Shown here: in pieces, positions 45,056 through 55,873 of the stretch | Layout: each line of letters begins with the position of its first letter | How positions within the stretch are numbered: position 1 is the first letter of the stretch | DNA from: a virus | Taxonomy: Duplodnaviria; Caudoviricetes | Reading direction: 5' to 3' (one strand) | Virus record (IMG/VR): IMGVR_UViG_2571042740_000001 | Location: 10,801 to 74,800 of that record | Length of the DNA: 64,000 nt | Notes under the pieces: generated by a model | Database searches by the model: none | Told to the model about the DNA's origin: nothing | The model's input: the letters and a program-made list of their open reading frames with translations, nothing else | Translations under genes and position numbers: made by a program

Positions 45056-47491
45056 TCACTCCTCATCGTCCAGAGGTACGAGATCCATTCCCGGTTCTTC
45101 TCCGCTTACCCAGGTGACATCGTTCACAAGTGACAGCGGATTCATATTGCCGGTCGTTGTCTGCTTCCACGGTCTGCGCTTGACAACGAGATATTCCAGA
45201 GAGAGCCGCTTATAGAAATTCTGAGAACTCTCATACTTGCATCCGTTGTCGCTGCACCATGTCTTGTAGTGACTGTATACCGCCGAGGCCTTGATCTCCG
45301 AGCCTTTTTCCTTTTTCAGGCACTGACGCATAAACTGCGCGATGCGGTCGGACTCCACACGATACTCCTCGGTAGCAGCCTTCACTTCCTCCGGCTCGTC
45401 AAGCCCCTCTGCCTTGTACAGGCGATAACCCTCGATACACCAGTTCAGGATGCCGGAGAGGTTCTCCGGCTGCATCAGTGTAGTCTTCAGCGTCTTGTCC
45501 TGTTCGTGGTCCTCGAAATGTCGGGTAAACGGAATGATCTTCAGTCTGCCGGATTCAAACAGTGTGCGTTCAGTGACATTGGGCAGATGGTTGGTGTCGA
45601 TGAAGATCTTCGCCTGCATATGGAATTCAAAATATCCCTCGTACAGAAAACGTGCTGTGATGCTGCCATTACCGGTGAGCTGCTTTGTCAGTGAGGCATT
45701 GATCGTCAGCTTTTGCTCCATTTCGGAAATGCCGACAAATCTTGCGCCGGCGAGACGTGCGACATCATCAGAGGAACCGTTGGACTGCCCGCGGAAATAG
45801 TTTGTGGCAAGCATATCCGGCTTGGCAGAACGGCCGTATTCTCCCATAACACGCAGGATCGTTTCGATGGTCGTGGTCTTGCCGTTTCTGGTCGTAGGGC
45901 CGAACATGATGAACAGACATTCCAGCGATGTATCGCCGGAGAGCGAGTAGCCGATTGCTTTCTGAAGATAGCGTGCAACATTCTTTCTGCCGACCATGAC
46001 CTCATCCACAAACTGGATCCAGCGCGGGCAGACAGCATTCGGGTCGTAATTGATGTGGCTGATCTTCGTAATGAGGTCCTTTGGGTCATGCTCATGAAAT
46101 TCCAGTGTCCGCAGATCGAGGGTGCCGTTCTCAAGGTTCAGTAGATAGACATTCGCATCAAAAGCGGACATCCTGATCGGATACACAGACTTTGCGTCCT
46201 CCACCATCGTCTTGCGGTTCTTTCGCATCTGGAGCTTCTGAACTCGCTTGATATATCTGTTGCGGGTGTCCTCGTCCCTGATCTGCAGTGCAAACGTATA
46301 CAGCAGATCGGCGAGGTGCTTTGCAAGCTCGGCTACGGCGAGAGCATTTTCGTCCGGCTGCCAGACCTTGCCGTCATAGACATACCAGACATTGCGGTCG
46401 CCGTTGAACCGTGCGATGGGTTTGAAATAATCGGCGAAAGCGTTGCCGATGCCGATCTCGTCGCGCTGATAGCGCGGATTCGTATGCGGCTGCATTTCGT
46501 CAAGTTTGAGGGTGATGCGGGAGAGATCGGGACGGAAACCTGCGTGTTCCTCCACTTCTTCTTCGTCCAATGCTTCAAAGTCATCCTCCGCCGATGTGTC
46601 GAAGATCGGTGTATAGATCTCAGATGTCGATGCGATGGCATTACGGATGGTGATCTGACCGTAAGTTCTGTCACCGGTCATACGATCCCACTTGTCACGC
46701 ATCAGACCCGATGAACGGAAGATACGGTCGATCTGCTCCTCCACATTGCCGCACCAGAAGCAGAGCATGGAAACAAACGCCATATCTGCATCAGATTGCG
46801 AATCATAGCCTTCCTCCCAGTGTCCCTCATAAAGCGCTTTGAACTTGTCACCGGAAGCAGAGGCAGATGCGTGCGCGATGACACCCTCGTCATCCAGATA
46901 GGATGCAGGCTCGATGGTCTTATTTGATACACGGGTGCTGCGCTTCATGAAGGTGTCGAGCAGATTGCGGAGCGTATCATCGTCACGCTCGACTGTGCCG
47001 GGGCGGAACATATCACCTGTGACCGTCACAAAGCGGTTGGTCGTTCCGGGCAGATAGACCTCCAGACCGTGCTTACGGTTGTTGATGTAGTACACTGTCT
47101 TATCGTAGGCGAAGTCGGGGCTGAGTTTGAAGAAGCCACGCAGTCCGGTTCCGGAGGGAGAGCGTTCAAAATATGCTGTGCTGAAGATACCGAGAATGGA
47201 TGCTGCCACATCATTCAGGCTTCCGTCCTCACGGATACAGTGGTCAATATCAATGGCACCAATGCCCTCGCTGACACGATAACCGATACCGTCCCAGCCG
47301 CCGATGGCGTATGCCTTCATCGCGGTCTTGAAGTCGGTGAAGGTGTCCGGCTCGTTTGTTTTGGCCATCTGTCTTGTTCTCGGGTCATAAGGCACCTTGG
47401 TCGGTCTGCCGCTGCGTTTTTCCAGTTTCCAGACACAGAAGGATGCCGACTGCTTCAGTGCGTCCGGGATATTTACAAAATTTACAGGCAT
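45056..47491 (-). CDS. Primase-polymerase / P4-D5 family helicase (NrS-1-like)
   Basis: IDIDHC, ERSPSGTG, SQSDAD; Walker A GPTTRNGKTT, ISE, DTNHLP. Confidence 0.9.
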   Translation of the reverse strand: MPVNFVNIPDALKQSASFCVWKLEKRSGRPTKVPYDPRTRQMAKTNEPDTFTDFKTAMKAYAIGGWDGIGYRVSEGIGAIDIDHCIREDGSLNDVAASILGIFSTAYFERSPSGTGLRGFFKLSPDFAYDKTVYYINNRKHGLEVYLPGTTNRFVTVTGDMFRPGTVERDDDTLRNLLDTFMKRSTRVSNKTIEPASYLDDEGVIAHASASASGDKFKALYEGHWEEGYDSQSDADMAFVSMLCFWCGNVEEQIDRIFRSSGLMRDKWDRMTGDRTYGQITIRNAIASTSEIYTPIFDTSAEDDFEALDEEEVEEHAGFRPDLSRITLKLDEMQPHTNPRYQRDEIGIGNAFADYFKPIARFNGDRNVWYVYDGKVWQPDENALAVAELAKHLADLLYTFALQIRDEDTRNRYIKRVQKLQMRKNRKTMVEDAKSVYPIRMSAFDANVYLLNLENGTLDLRTLEFHEHDPKDLITKISHINYDPNAVCPRWIQFVDEVMVGRKNVARYLQKAIGYSLSGDTSLECLFIMFGPTTRNGKTTTIETILRVMGEYGRSAKPDMLATNYFRGQSNGSSDDVARLAGARFVGISEMEQKLTINASLTKQLTGNGSITARFLYEGYFEFHMQAKIFIDTNHLPNVTERTLFESGRLKIIPFTRHFEDHEQDKTLKTTLMQPENLSGILNWCIEGYRLYKAEGLDEPEEVKAATEEYRVESDRIAQFMRQCLKKEKGSEIKASAVYSHYKTWCSDNGCKYESSQNFYKRLSLEYLVVKRRPWKQTTTGNMNPLSLVNDVTWVSGEEPGMDLVPLDDEE

Positions 47492-47967
47492 TCGGGATGT
47501 CTCCTTTCAAGGAAAAGCTGTGCAATGACAGCGGTTTCAATACGGTTCATCGCATCGGCATCCGAAATATGCCCTGCATAGCTGCGGAGCGCATGCTTGC
47601 TGACAGTCGTTAGCTGCTCCGCAAGGATCATGGACGGATCCAGATGCTGATGAAGATCGGAAATACTGTCGGGGAACAGATGCGTATGGCACGGCAGCTC
47701 CGGCTTTTTCAGATGCCGCGTCATGGGAACGATATTGACCGTGTCGGCGTGTGCGTTGCCCATATCATTCGAGAGAATGATCACAGGACGAATGCCGCCC
47801 TGCACGCTGGAATCCGGATGACTGCCAAGATCCGCAAACCAGATGTCACCGCGCTGCGGTTTGTGTTCAGTTGTGTGATGCTGCACCGGCGCAGTGATAT
47901 ATTTTCTCGGATCGAAGCCGAGCCCTCTGTGGTATTCTGTTTTCAGGCGTTTATTCTTACGCGCCAT
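47482..47967 (-). CDS. PemK/MazF-family protein
   Basis: RGDIWFADL, QGGIRPVIILSND, IVPMT, LAEQLTTVSK. Confidence 0.88.
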   Translation of the reverse strand: MARKNKRLKTEYHRGLGFDPRKYITAPVQHHTTEHKPQRGDIWFADLGSHPDSSVQGGIRPVIILSNDMGNAHADTVNIVPMTRHLKKPELPCHTHLFPDSISDLHQHLDPSMILAEQLTTVSKHALRSYAGHISDADAMNRIETAVIAQLFLERRHPECL

Positions 47968-48063
47968 AGTTTTCACCTCCGTGGTCTGCGGCGTAACCGA
48001 ATTGTCGCCGCTTTGCCGTCTTTCTGTCGTCAAATAGAGATAGATCATACTGCATGTATAAGG

Positions 48064-49434
48064 TTACAATCTTGCCTTGACTGCTGAAATCAGCTTCTCC
48101 TGCGTCACATCCTTTGAAGCAAGCGCTTTCAGGACATCATCATCTACAGTGTCTTTTGTTACGATGTGGTGGATGGTCACAGTGTTCTGCTGGCCCTGAC
48201 GCCAGAGTCGGGCGTTGGTCTGCTGATACAGTTCCAGACTCCACGTCAGTCCAAACCAGATCAGGATGTGACCGCCGGACTGAATATTAAGTCCGTGTCC
48301 TGCCGATGCAGGGTGTATGAGAGCGACCGGAATGTTTCCTGCATTCCAGTCTGTGATATCGTCGGAATCCTTAATATCCCTCGGAGCATAGCCGCAGGCG
48401 GTCAGATGCTCTATAATTCGGGTGCGGTCATGCTTGAACCAGTAACCGATCAGCACAGGCTGTCCGTTTGCCGCTTCGATCAGGTCTTCCAGCATTTCCA
48501 GCTTTCTGCTATGAATGTTGCGTGCTTCCTTGTTTTCGTCATAGACAGCACCGTTTGCCATCTGAAGCAGCTTATTACTGAGACTCGCAGCGTTGGCGGC
48601 ATCAATATCTCCGTCCTCAAGCGGGATGATAAGGTCATGCTTCAACTGATCGTAGAACTTTCGCTCCACTGTATTCATCTCGACCTCATGATTGACATAC
48701 ACGCATTCAGGCATATCCAGATAGTCCAGTGCTTTCATAGAAATGGTGATGTCGGAGATCTTCTGATATATCTGTTCCTCCGCACCGGGACGGGGTGTAT
48801 ATGAGAACACCACACCTGTGCTCGGATTCATGCTTCCGGGCTTGAAGTAGCTTTCGCGAAATCTGCCTATAAACCGACCGAGCCGTTCGCCGCCGTCAAG
48901 GATACCGATTTCTGCCCACAGATCCATGAGACCGTTGGATGTCGGCGTTCCTGTCAGTCCGACCCATCGTTTCACGAACGGACGTACCTTCCGCAGCCAT
49001 TTGAATCGCTGTGACTGATAGTTCTTGAAGGAACTCAGCTCGTCAATGACGATCATATCAAAATCCCAGCGGAGACCGTTTTTCTCATAATACTCTACAA
49101 GCCATTTCACGTTCTCACGATTCACGATGTAGATGAAAGCATTATGATTGACCGCTGCGGTGCGATCCTTAACGCTGCCGACAATGACAGATATTTCAAG
49201 ATTCTGCAAGTGATCCCACTTCTTTACCTCGGCGGGCCATGTGTCACGGGCGACTCTGAGGGGCGCGATCACAAGCACCTTGTTCACTTTCAGCTCGTCA
49301 AACATCAGAGCGTTGAGGGCTGTGAGCGTGATGATCGTCTTGCCGAGTCCCATGTCCAGAAATAATGCTGAAACAGGATGCTCCCGGATATATTCGATGC
49401 AGTATTTCTGGTAGTCGTGCGGTGTGTATTTCAT
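48064..49434 (-). CDS. SNF2-like DEAD/H helicase
   Basis: DMGLGKT, IDELS, LTGTP, GHGLN, QTNARLWRQGQ. Confidence 0.93.
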   Translation of the reverse strand: MKYTPHDYQKYCIEYIREHPVSALFLDMGLGKTIITLTALNALMFDELKVNKVLVIAPLRVARDTWPAEVKKWDHLQNLEISVIVGSVKDRTAAVNHNAFIYIVNRENVKWLVEYYEKNGLRWDFDMIVIDELSSFKNYQSQRFKWLRKVRPFVKRWVGLTGTPTSNGLMDLWAEIGILDGGERLGRFIGRFRESYFKPGSMNPSTGVVFSYTPRPGAEEQIYQKISDITISMKALDYLDMPECVYVNHEVEMNTVERKFYDQLKHDLIIPLEDGDIDAANAASLSNKLLQMANGAVYDENKEARNIHSRKLEMLEDLIEAANGQPVLIGYWFKHDRTRIIEHLTACGYAPRDIKDSDDITDWNAGNIPVALIHPASAGHGLNIQSGGHILIWFGLTWSLELYQQTNARLWRQGQQNTVTIHHIVTKDTVDDDVLKALASKDVTQEKLISAVKARL

Positions 49435-49898
49435 CCGGTATCATCCTCCTCCAAATTATAGAATTCTGCCAGATCATCGGGGTCAATCGGTTCCAGTGTC
49501 TCTCCGAAATCATCCATCTCAGACGGAAGCGTTGTGATCTCCAGATCGGGTATTTTCGCACCAATGCCCTCCGGAAAGGGCTCGCCGGGTGTCCATGCAA
49601 GGATCGCATCAATGCACGGTTTGATCTGATACAGCTTGTCGATGCAGAGAACGGGAAAGCCCAGCTTCATCAGCTGATGCCGTCTTTTTCTCTGCAGCGG
49701 GCGCATCATTTTGCCCGGCGCTTTCAGCTCGACAAACACTGTCTTTGCAGGAAAGAACAGAACGAGTCTGTCCGGCAGCCCGTTCGCTGTCTGCGATGTC
49801 AGCTTATATGCCACACCGCCTGCAGACTTGACTGCCTTGACAAACTCATTCTCAACAACATATTCTCTCAATGTCTGCCGTCCTTCCAGTATTCGCAC
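49431..49898 (-). CDS. VRR-NUC domain nuclease (start may be slightly downstream)
   Basis: GLPDRLV, FVELKAPG, RPLQ. Confidence 0.88.
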   Translation of the reverse strand: MRILEGRQTLREYVVENEFVKAVKSAGGVAYKLTSQTANGLPDRLVLFFPAKTVFVELKAPGKMMRPLQRKRRHQLMKLGFPVLCIDKLYQIKPCIDAILAWTPGEPFPEGIGAKIPDLEITTLPSEMDDFGETLEPIDPDDLAEFYNLEEDDTG

Positions 49899-50101
49899 CA
49901 GCCGGACGGGAACGGCGTATGATGACAGTTTCCATAGAAACGGCAGTTCTCACAGCACTGGTCGTCTACATACAGTTCCTCGTCACTGTGGTCGTAATCG
50001 TCATAGCCGCCGCGGGTATAATTACAGATCTCCGGCACAGGATATCCGCGGCGTTTCCTGCGTGTCTTATATCCTTTTCTGTCTTTCCATGTTCTGCTCA
50101 T
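49868..50101 (-). CDS. Small Cys-rich hypothetical protein
   Basis: CENCRFY..C...WCEYW; overlaps both neighbours. Confidence 0.55.
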   Translation of the reverse strand: MSRTWKDRKGYKTRRKRRGYPVPEICNYTRGGYDDYDHSDEELYVDDQCCENCRFYGNCHHTPFPSGWCEYWKDGRH

Positions 50102-51147
50102 GCGTTGATCTCCTTCCACTGTGTTTTCGGCATGGTCGCTACCTGCCAGCCGATGCCTTCCAGCGCAGTGGCTCTGTCGTAGGACTCTACATCCTGCGAA
50201 GCCCGCGTGATGGCATTGCTCAGGCCGTAGAGGGAGAGGTCGCCGCCCTTGATGAGATAATTCAGGATACTATCCTGTTCCGGCTGGTTGAGGTCATAAG
50301 CCTTGCCGGTCAGTTCGATGACATCCTGAACTCTGCCGGTGATCTTCGCACCGTGGCTCTGCTCCAATACACCGACGATCTGAGAAAACCTTGCTTCTTC
50401 GATTGCGGCAAGAGTTGTGTCACGGAGCTTCAGCATAAATGCGTGGTCTTCCGCTTCAAGCGTTTCATCTGTATAGATATTGAAGCTGTCTTCCAGAGCC
50501 TTTGCCGCTCTGCCCACATGGGTACGGCGTTCGCCCATACTGTTGACCACCATACCATTGGTGCAGGCAAGCGTATAAACAAGCGGCTGCACGGAAACTG
50601 CGCCGAGTCCGACTTCGGAATTGGAAATGATAACACCTGCCTGAACTCTGTCTCCGACACAAGCCATTTCAAGGCGATGATTGACGATCTTCAGATACAG
50701 CTTGTTCTCCGTGACTTCGCAGCTCATGACCTCCATGCCGTCCTGTCCTGCGAACAGCGGCAGTACCGCCGATGCAATCTCCAGATTGTCGATGCGGCGG
50801 TAACGGTCGGAAAGGAGCGCACGGGCGACCTGACCACTGCCGTAATCAAGGGTACGCACCATATAGCTGTTGCCATTATCGGAGAACCATGCGTTCACAT
50901 TATCTGCCAGAAGCTCCGGCTTCTGTTTCTGCATCATGTCATAATATCTCGCTGGGATACCGAGTGCCGATGCCACCTGACGATGAAAAAGCTGTGTTGT
51001 GCCAAAGCTGTGATCGTCTCCGATGCGGAAGGTGCTGCCGTCCTCGTCCAGACTGAATGCCTCTGCCGCACCGATATAGTCCTGCTTTGCTGCATTCTGA
51101 CGCTGAAGCTCTGTCAGAACCTCCGGTAATGCTCGTCCCTGTTTCAT
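50098..51147 (-). CDS. DUF932-family protein
   Basis: RALLSDRY.RIDN, ISNSEVG.G, LACTNGM. Confidence 0.82.
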   Translation of the reverse strand: MKQGRALPEVLTELQRQNAAKQDYIGAAEAFSLDEDGSTFRIGDDHSFGTTQLFHRQVASALGIPARYYDMMQKQKPELLADNVNAWFSDNGNSYMVRTLDYGSGQVARALLSDRYRRIDNLEIASAVLPLFAGQDGMEVMSCEVTENKLYLKIVNHRLEMACVGDRVQAGVIISNSEVGLGAVSVQPLVYTLACTNGMVVNSMGERRTHVGRAAKALEDSFNIYTDETLEAEDHAFMLKLRDTTLAAIEEARFSQIVGVLEQSHGAKITGRVQDVIELTGKAYDLNQPEQDSILNYLIKGGDLSLYGLSNAITRASQDVESYDRATALEGIGWQVATMPKTQWKEINA

Positions 51148-51159
51148 AGAAAAATCCTC

Positions 51160-53115
51160 CTAGTCTTTGAAATAATAATTGCCTGTATATCCGGCAGAGG
51201 ACAGCGGAAGGCCGTCCGCCCATGCCGGATTCTGATTCATGATATCGCACACATCATCGACAGTGTATTGTCCTTTCGGCACTTCGAGAATGACCTCATC
51301 GTGTACATGTCCGACAATGCCGAGCCCTACAAGCTCCATCCGGCGCATTGCTTCTGCAAGCAGGTCACGGGCAGTCGCCTGTGTGATGTTCTCTGTCAGC
51401 TTGCCGGAATAGGTTTCACCGCGTCTCCATTTGTTGTTTGCGCCGAGTCCTTCAAAGGTCAGTGCCATGCGTCCGAAACGATTTGGCTGTAATTTCGGTT
51501 TGATGTAGGCAAGCCTGCGACCTGACGGCAGCACGATCCACAATGTATTTGCTGAGAACTGAAAACCGATCCTGCCAACGGTTTTGTCCGTATGGTCATT
51601 TACTGTTTCGATCGCCGCTTTTTCCACGGCATACCAGAATTTCACGATCTCCGGGTTTGCGTCACGCCAGCTTGAAATGATGTCTGGAAGTTCATCCTCT
51701 TTCAGTCCCATATCCAGTGCGCCCATTGAGATCAGCGCACCGCTGCCGCCTCCGTAACCACAGGCAAGCTCTGCAACTTTGCCTTTCTGCCGCAGTTCGC
51801 CGTTGATGCCGTGCTTCACAACCGGAACGCCAAACATTTGCGAGGCAGATGCACAGTAGATATCCTCGCCGCGGACAAAGGCATCCAGCCGCCATTGCTC
51901 TCCGGCAAGCCATGCAAGCACACGAGCCTCGATAGCAGAGAAGTCAGCCACGATAAACTCACAGCCATCTTTCGGAATGAGCATCGTGCGGATAAGCTGT
52001 GACAGGATATCCGGCGTATTGCCGTACAGCGCTTCGATCATATCAAAACAGCCCATTTTGACCAGTTCTCTTGCTTCATCGAGCGTCGAGATGTGGTTCT
52101 GCGGAAGATTCTGCAATTGAATCCCGCGTCCTGCCCAGCGCTGTGTACGGTTCGCGCCGGAGAACTGAAACAGTCCGTGCGCTCTGCCGTCCTGACAGAT
52201 GTATCTCTCTGCCGCCTGATACTTCTTCACAGAGGACTTTGCCATCTGCAATCGCAGCTTCATCATATCCAGAGCTTCACCGTCTGCGCTGTGCTTGTCG
52301 AGGTCTGTGATAAGAGAAGCGACATTCTTTTTGCCGAGGGAATCCACCTCAATGCCGCGCTCCTCAAGCCAGCCCTTCAGCTGAGATACGGAGTTGGGAT
52401 TTTCAAGTCCTGTCAGGGCGTAGGCGCGTTTTGTCATTTCTTCGGACATTGCCATATTGCAGATGATCGCCTGCTGTACCAGTTCCTTATCGATCAGGAT
52501 GCCGCGGTCATTGATGCGCTGATCCATATGGTAGTAGTCCCATTCCTGCGGGAGCAGGGGGAACTTTTCAAGTCTCCGGCGAATATCCCGCTCGGTTTCC
52601 ACGTCCTGTATGCAGTAGCTTTTGAACAGCTTCCAGTCATCGGGAGCATGCTCCGGCAGATTCCTTGTTCTGCCGCCGTTTGCTTTGGTGGGCTTACAGG
52701 GCAGAGAGAAATAACGGATCAGGCGCTCACCGACGGCGTCCTTCTGCTGTGCGGTCTTCAGAGCCTGTGCCGCAGTTGCCAACTTCAGCGGCAGGGACAG
52801 CGATGCCGCCCACACCATCGTGCATTGCCAACTGTCCGGGGAAAGCTGTGTGCCGAGATATTTTGAAAGACAGGTACGCTCAAACTGTGCGTTCCATGCC
52901 GATTTGATAATACTGTCATCCTGCAGTGCATCCATAACATCCGTAGGGAGCTGCTCGCCGCAGGCCATATCCACGCATTGTGTTTCTTCATCGTCAAATG
53001 CATATGCGAACAGCAGGATATGGAAATCACCCTCAACATAGCGGTACACACCGCAGTTCGGGAGGTCAACATTCGAATAGGTCTCTAAGTCGATGGAAAG
53101 TACACGTCTGCTCAA
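51160..53115 (-). CDS. Phage family A DNA polymerase
   Basis: IDLETYS exonuclease, DFSAIEAR, RQKGKVAELACGY, HVHDE. Confidence 0.94.
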   Translation of the reverse strand: MSRRVLSIDLETYSNVDLPNCGVYRYVEGDFHILLFAYAFDDEETQCVDMACGEQLPTDVMDALQDDSIIKSAWNAQFERTCLSKYLGTQLSPDSWQCTMVWAASLSLPLKLATAAQALKTAQQKDAVGERLIRYFSLPCKPTKANGGRTRNLPEHAPDDWKLFKSYCIQDVETERDIRRRLEKFPLLPQEWDYYHMDQRINDRGILIDKELVQQAIICNMAMSEEMTKRAYALTGLENPNSVSQLKGWLEERGIEVDSLGKKNVASLITDLDKHSADGEALDMMKLRLQMAKSSVKKYQAAERYICQDGRAHGLFQFSGANRTQRWAGRGIQLQNLPQNHISTLDEARELVKMGCFDMIEALYGNTPDILSQLIRTMLIPKDGCEFIVADFSAIEARVLAWLAGEQWRLDAFVRGEDIYCASASQMFGVPVVKHGINGELRQKGKVAELACGYGGGSGALISMGALDMGLKEDELPDIISSWRDANPEIVKFWYAVEKAAIETVNDHTDKTVGRIGFQFSANTLWIVLPSGRRLAYIKPKLQPNRFGRMALTFEGLGANNKWRRGETYSGKLTENITQATARDLLAEAMRRMELVGLGIVGHVHDEVILEVPKGQYTVDDVCDIMNQNPAWADGLPLSSAGYTGNYYFKD

Positions 53116-53165
53116 TAATGATCACCACCTTGTGTATGTAAAAGGGAGGACACGCCTCCCTTGTC

Positions 53166-53747
53166 TCAGTTCAGAAAATCCATATCATCATCGTCAAGCT
53201 CGTCGGCATCATCGCCCTCGACCTCCACAAAATCGGATGCCGCAGTCGGTCTGCCGGCAAGGCGCTCACCGTGACGGACAAGCTGAATGTTCTGGAGTCC
53301 TGCTGCAATGCCCTTGTTACCGGATGCTGCAAAACCGTAGAAGTTGACGCTGACATTGCAGTAATCGCCGCTGCCGCATTCCATCGGGTCGAGAATCGGC
53401 TGCACATGGCGGTCAACGATCTGCGGTGCGTCCTTACTGGTCGCATTGAAGAAGAAATGACCTGCGTAGTTCTCGTCATCGGGGCGGTCAATATCGCCGT
53501 CATGCATGGGCAGTTTGAGATTTGCGGGGATCTTGCCGCTCCACTTCTTCTCCTTGGCAGCTTCCTTCGCAGCCTCGATCGCTTTCTTGATCTTGGCGAG
53601 GGTAGCCTTGTCATCCTTGGGGATCAGCAAAGAGACGGAATACTTTTCATCGCTGCCGTTGATGCTCTTGGGCTCCCAGATGTTTGCAAAAGAGATGCGG
53701 CAGGGCACGATGACCTTCGTTGCGGGTGCTGTATTGTTGTTTGCCAT
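53166..53747 (-). CDS. DUF2815 ssDNA-binding protein
   Basis: KYSVSLLIPK, DGD..R, GLQNIQ..R.GE; acidic tail. Confidence 0.88.
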   Translation of the reverse strand: MANNNTAPATKVIVPCRISFANIWEPKSINGSDEKYSVSLLIPKDDKATLAKIKKAIEAAKEAAKEKKWSGKIPANLKLPMHDGDIDRPDDENYAGHFFFNATSKDAPQIVDRHVQPILDPMECGSGDYCNVSVNFYGFAASGNKGIAAGLQNIQLVRHGERLAGRPTAASDFVEVEGDDADELDDDDMDFLN

Positions 53748-53773
53748 TGTTTTTTCCTCCTGAAATGTAGTTT

Positions 53774-55024
53774 TTATTCCTCGTCAGGCAGTACCGAAAA
53801 CTCCTGATCCGGGGCTGATGTGAGATCGACAGGCTCTCTCGGGTCGCTTTCCGGTACGAGAGCCAGCTTTCCGGGCGGCTTGGCGACATATGCACCGAGC
53901 AGCTCATTGAACTTTTTCTTGCCCATCATCTTTTCAAATTCCGTCAGCGTGATGAGCGTCTGCTTGTAAAGATCGGTGTAGCCGTTCTGCACAGCAGTAT
54001 CGACCACCGCCTTGGTGTCAGTGAAAATACGTTTACTTCTGCCTTCGACCACCTTATAGCCGGGAATGGGTACGCCGTGGTTGATCGCTTCAGAGGAGAC
54101 GAATGCGAACACAGCCTCTATCCACGAGGATATCCTGTTCAGCGTCGGCAGTATCTCCGCCAGTTCGGATATCGGGATCAGTCCCGGCTGCTTGAATACG
54201 GCGGTATTGGTATCCGCTTCATAAGGGGCGGTCATATCGCTTTCCTCTGTGGTATCATCAAATGCGCCTGCATCAAGGTCGAGGAAATCCTCACGGCAGA
54301 GCGCCAGTGCTTCATCGGCACACGCCTTGCAGACCGGCTTTGCACGGCAGAAGCGGCACCAGTCGCCGGGATGCTGTTCACCCTTGCCCTCGAAAGCAAG
54401 CAGAGCGGTCGGTTTGATGCTCTCGCCCCAGTCCTCAAGCTCCTGCCTGCTGCATTCAAAGGTGCTGATATTGTCAAGGCGGGGCTGGATGATGCTCATA
54501 CGAACGATCTCGATATCATACAAAAAGCCGTAGGCGGCTAAACCTCCGAGCGCGTACAGCATCATCTGACTGTTGTGGTCTGCATCCACGAACACGCCTT
54601 TGCCCGTCTTGAAATCACATACATGAAGCAGGCCTCTGCCGTTTTCGTCCTTGCCAATAATAAGCATATCTGCAGTACCAAAGCCGGAAGGAGCTATGTG
54701 ACTGTAATCGACACGTTCTTCAACGAAAGCAAGGGGTTCACAGCCGTTTTCCCGCATCTGCTCGATGATGGAAATGACGAATTCGGCATACACGTCGGTA
54801 ATCTGCTCAATTTCCTCAGTGTCGAACTCCTCTGACTGCGGGCGTTTCACACGCTCATGCAGATACTTTCGGACCTTGTACTCGCAGATCTCATGGGCGA
54901 ATGTACCTTCTTCGGCATAGACGGAGCTTTCGTTCGGGAAGTTCTCCTGCAACCGGACGGAAGGCGGACAGTGCAGCCACTGCTTGGAACTGGATGCGCT
55001 CAGAAGCGCATGTACATCCGGCAT
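53774..55024 (-). CDS. DUF2800 (Cas4/PD-(D/E)XK-like) nuclease
   Basis: HALLSASS, WLHCPPS, GTAD, DFKTG, QMMLYALG, WCRFC...C. Confidence 0.88.
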   Translation of the reverse strand: MPDVHALLSASSSKQWLHCPPSVRLQENFPNESSVYAEEGTFAHEICEYKVRKYLHERVKRPQSEEFDTEEIEQITDVYAEFVISIIEQMRENGCEPLAFVEERVDYSHIAPSGFGTADMLIIGKDENGRGLLHVCDFKTGKGVFVDADHNSQMMLYALGGLAAYGFLYDIEIVRMSIIQPRLDNISTFECSRQELEDWGESIKPTALLAFEGKGEQHPGDWCRFCRAKPVCKACADEALALCREDFLDLDAGAFDDTTEESDMTAPYEADTNTAVFKQPGLIPISELAEILPTLNRISSWIEAVFAFVSSEAINHGVPIPGYKVVEGRSKRIFTDTKAVVDTAVQNGYTDLYKQTLITLTEFEKMMGKKKFNELLGAYVAKPPGKLALVPESDPREPVDLTSAPDQEFSVLPDEE

Positions 55025-55038
55025 CCGATCACCTCCGG

Positions 55039-55527
55039 TCAGAGCTGGGACACATCGGTGAGGAATGCCTCATACTTGTCCTGCGGAATGTCGCTGACCT
55101 TTGCTGCGCCATATGATTTCAGCAGGGCGAGAACCTTGTCCTTGTTGGCTCTGTTCTGCTTGATCTTGCCGGTCACGACCTTAATAAGGTCATCGGCAGT
55201 CAGCTCCGATGCAGGCTCCTGTTTCTTTGCAGCGGCTTTCTTTTTCGGCTGATCCTTCGGCTTTTCCTCCGGCTCAGTGTCCCACGGAAGATCATCTGCC
55301 GAGAGGATTTCCTCAAACTCATCCGGATTGATAGTCTCCGGAGCCGTCTCAGCCGCAGGCTTCGGCACACCGTTGATCGCCATTTCTGCAAGCTGCTGTG
55401 CCATGCCCGGCTCCATTGAATTCAGAAGCTGGATAACACCGCCAAAGATCGTGCCGAGTCCGTCGATCAGCTTTTTTGCGTCTACCGGGATCGGCTCCGG
55501 CAGCTTGTTCTTTTTAGTCTCCGTCAT
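55039..55527 (-). CDS. Hypothetical phage protein
   Basis: C-terminal LLKSYGAAKVSDI...Y motif typical of the gene preceding DUF2800. Confidence 0.75.
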   Translation of the reverse strand: MTETKKNKLPEPIPVDAKKLIDGLGTIFGGVIQLLNSMEPGMAQQLAEMAINGVPKPAAETAPETINPDEFEEILSADDLPWDTEPEEKPKDQPKKKAAAKKQEPASELTADDLIKVVTGKIKQNRANKDKVLALLKSYGAAKVSDIPQDKYEAFLTDVSQL

Positions 55528-55873
55528 AGATCAGTCCCTCCTCGTCATCATCATAGTTTTCAGGCATCTTATCACTGACACCGCTGTCCCTGCGGAGCTT
55601 CTTCCTGAAATCGTCCGGGTAGCGGATCTCGAAGAAAACGCCCTCGTCATCGATCTTCAGGCGGAATACACCGACATCCAGTTCCATGTTCGGGAGCATG
55701 GCTGATGCCATCGACATGAAGCGAAACATATCCGTTGCGGTCTGTGCGATGTCTCCGGCACGCTTGTCCATTGCCGTTTCAAGCAGCTTCAGTGCATCCG
55801 GCTTAGCTGCGGACTTGCCGGGATCAGGTGCGGCACCGCCGTTGTAACGGTTCTTCGGGGTTCTGTTTTCCAT
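55514..55873 (-). CDS. Hypothetical protein, first gene of the replication operon
   Basis: AAAGGA SD before MENRTP. Confidence 0.65.
   Translation of the reverse strand: MENRTPKNRYNGGAAPDPGKSAAKPDALKLLETAMDKRAGDIAQTATDMFRFMSMASAMLPNMELDVGVFRLKIDDEGVFFEIRYPDDFRKKLRRDSGVSDKMPENYDDDEEGLIYDGD

Noticed and set aside
39430-53115. Introns or inteins in nrdD, primase, helicase or polymerase
   Set aside because: ORFs are continuous and of ordinary length with no intein splice motifs.
53774-55024. Cas4-like nuclease as evidence of a CRISPR system
   Set aside because: Standard DUF2800-DUF2815-PolA phage replication context.
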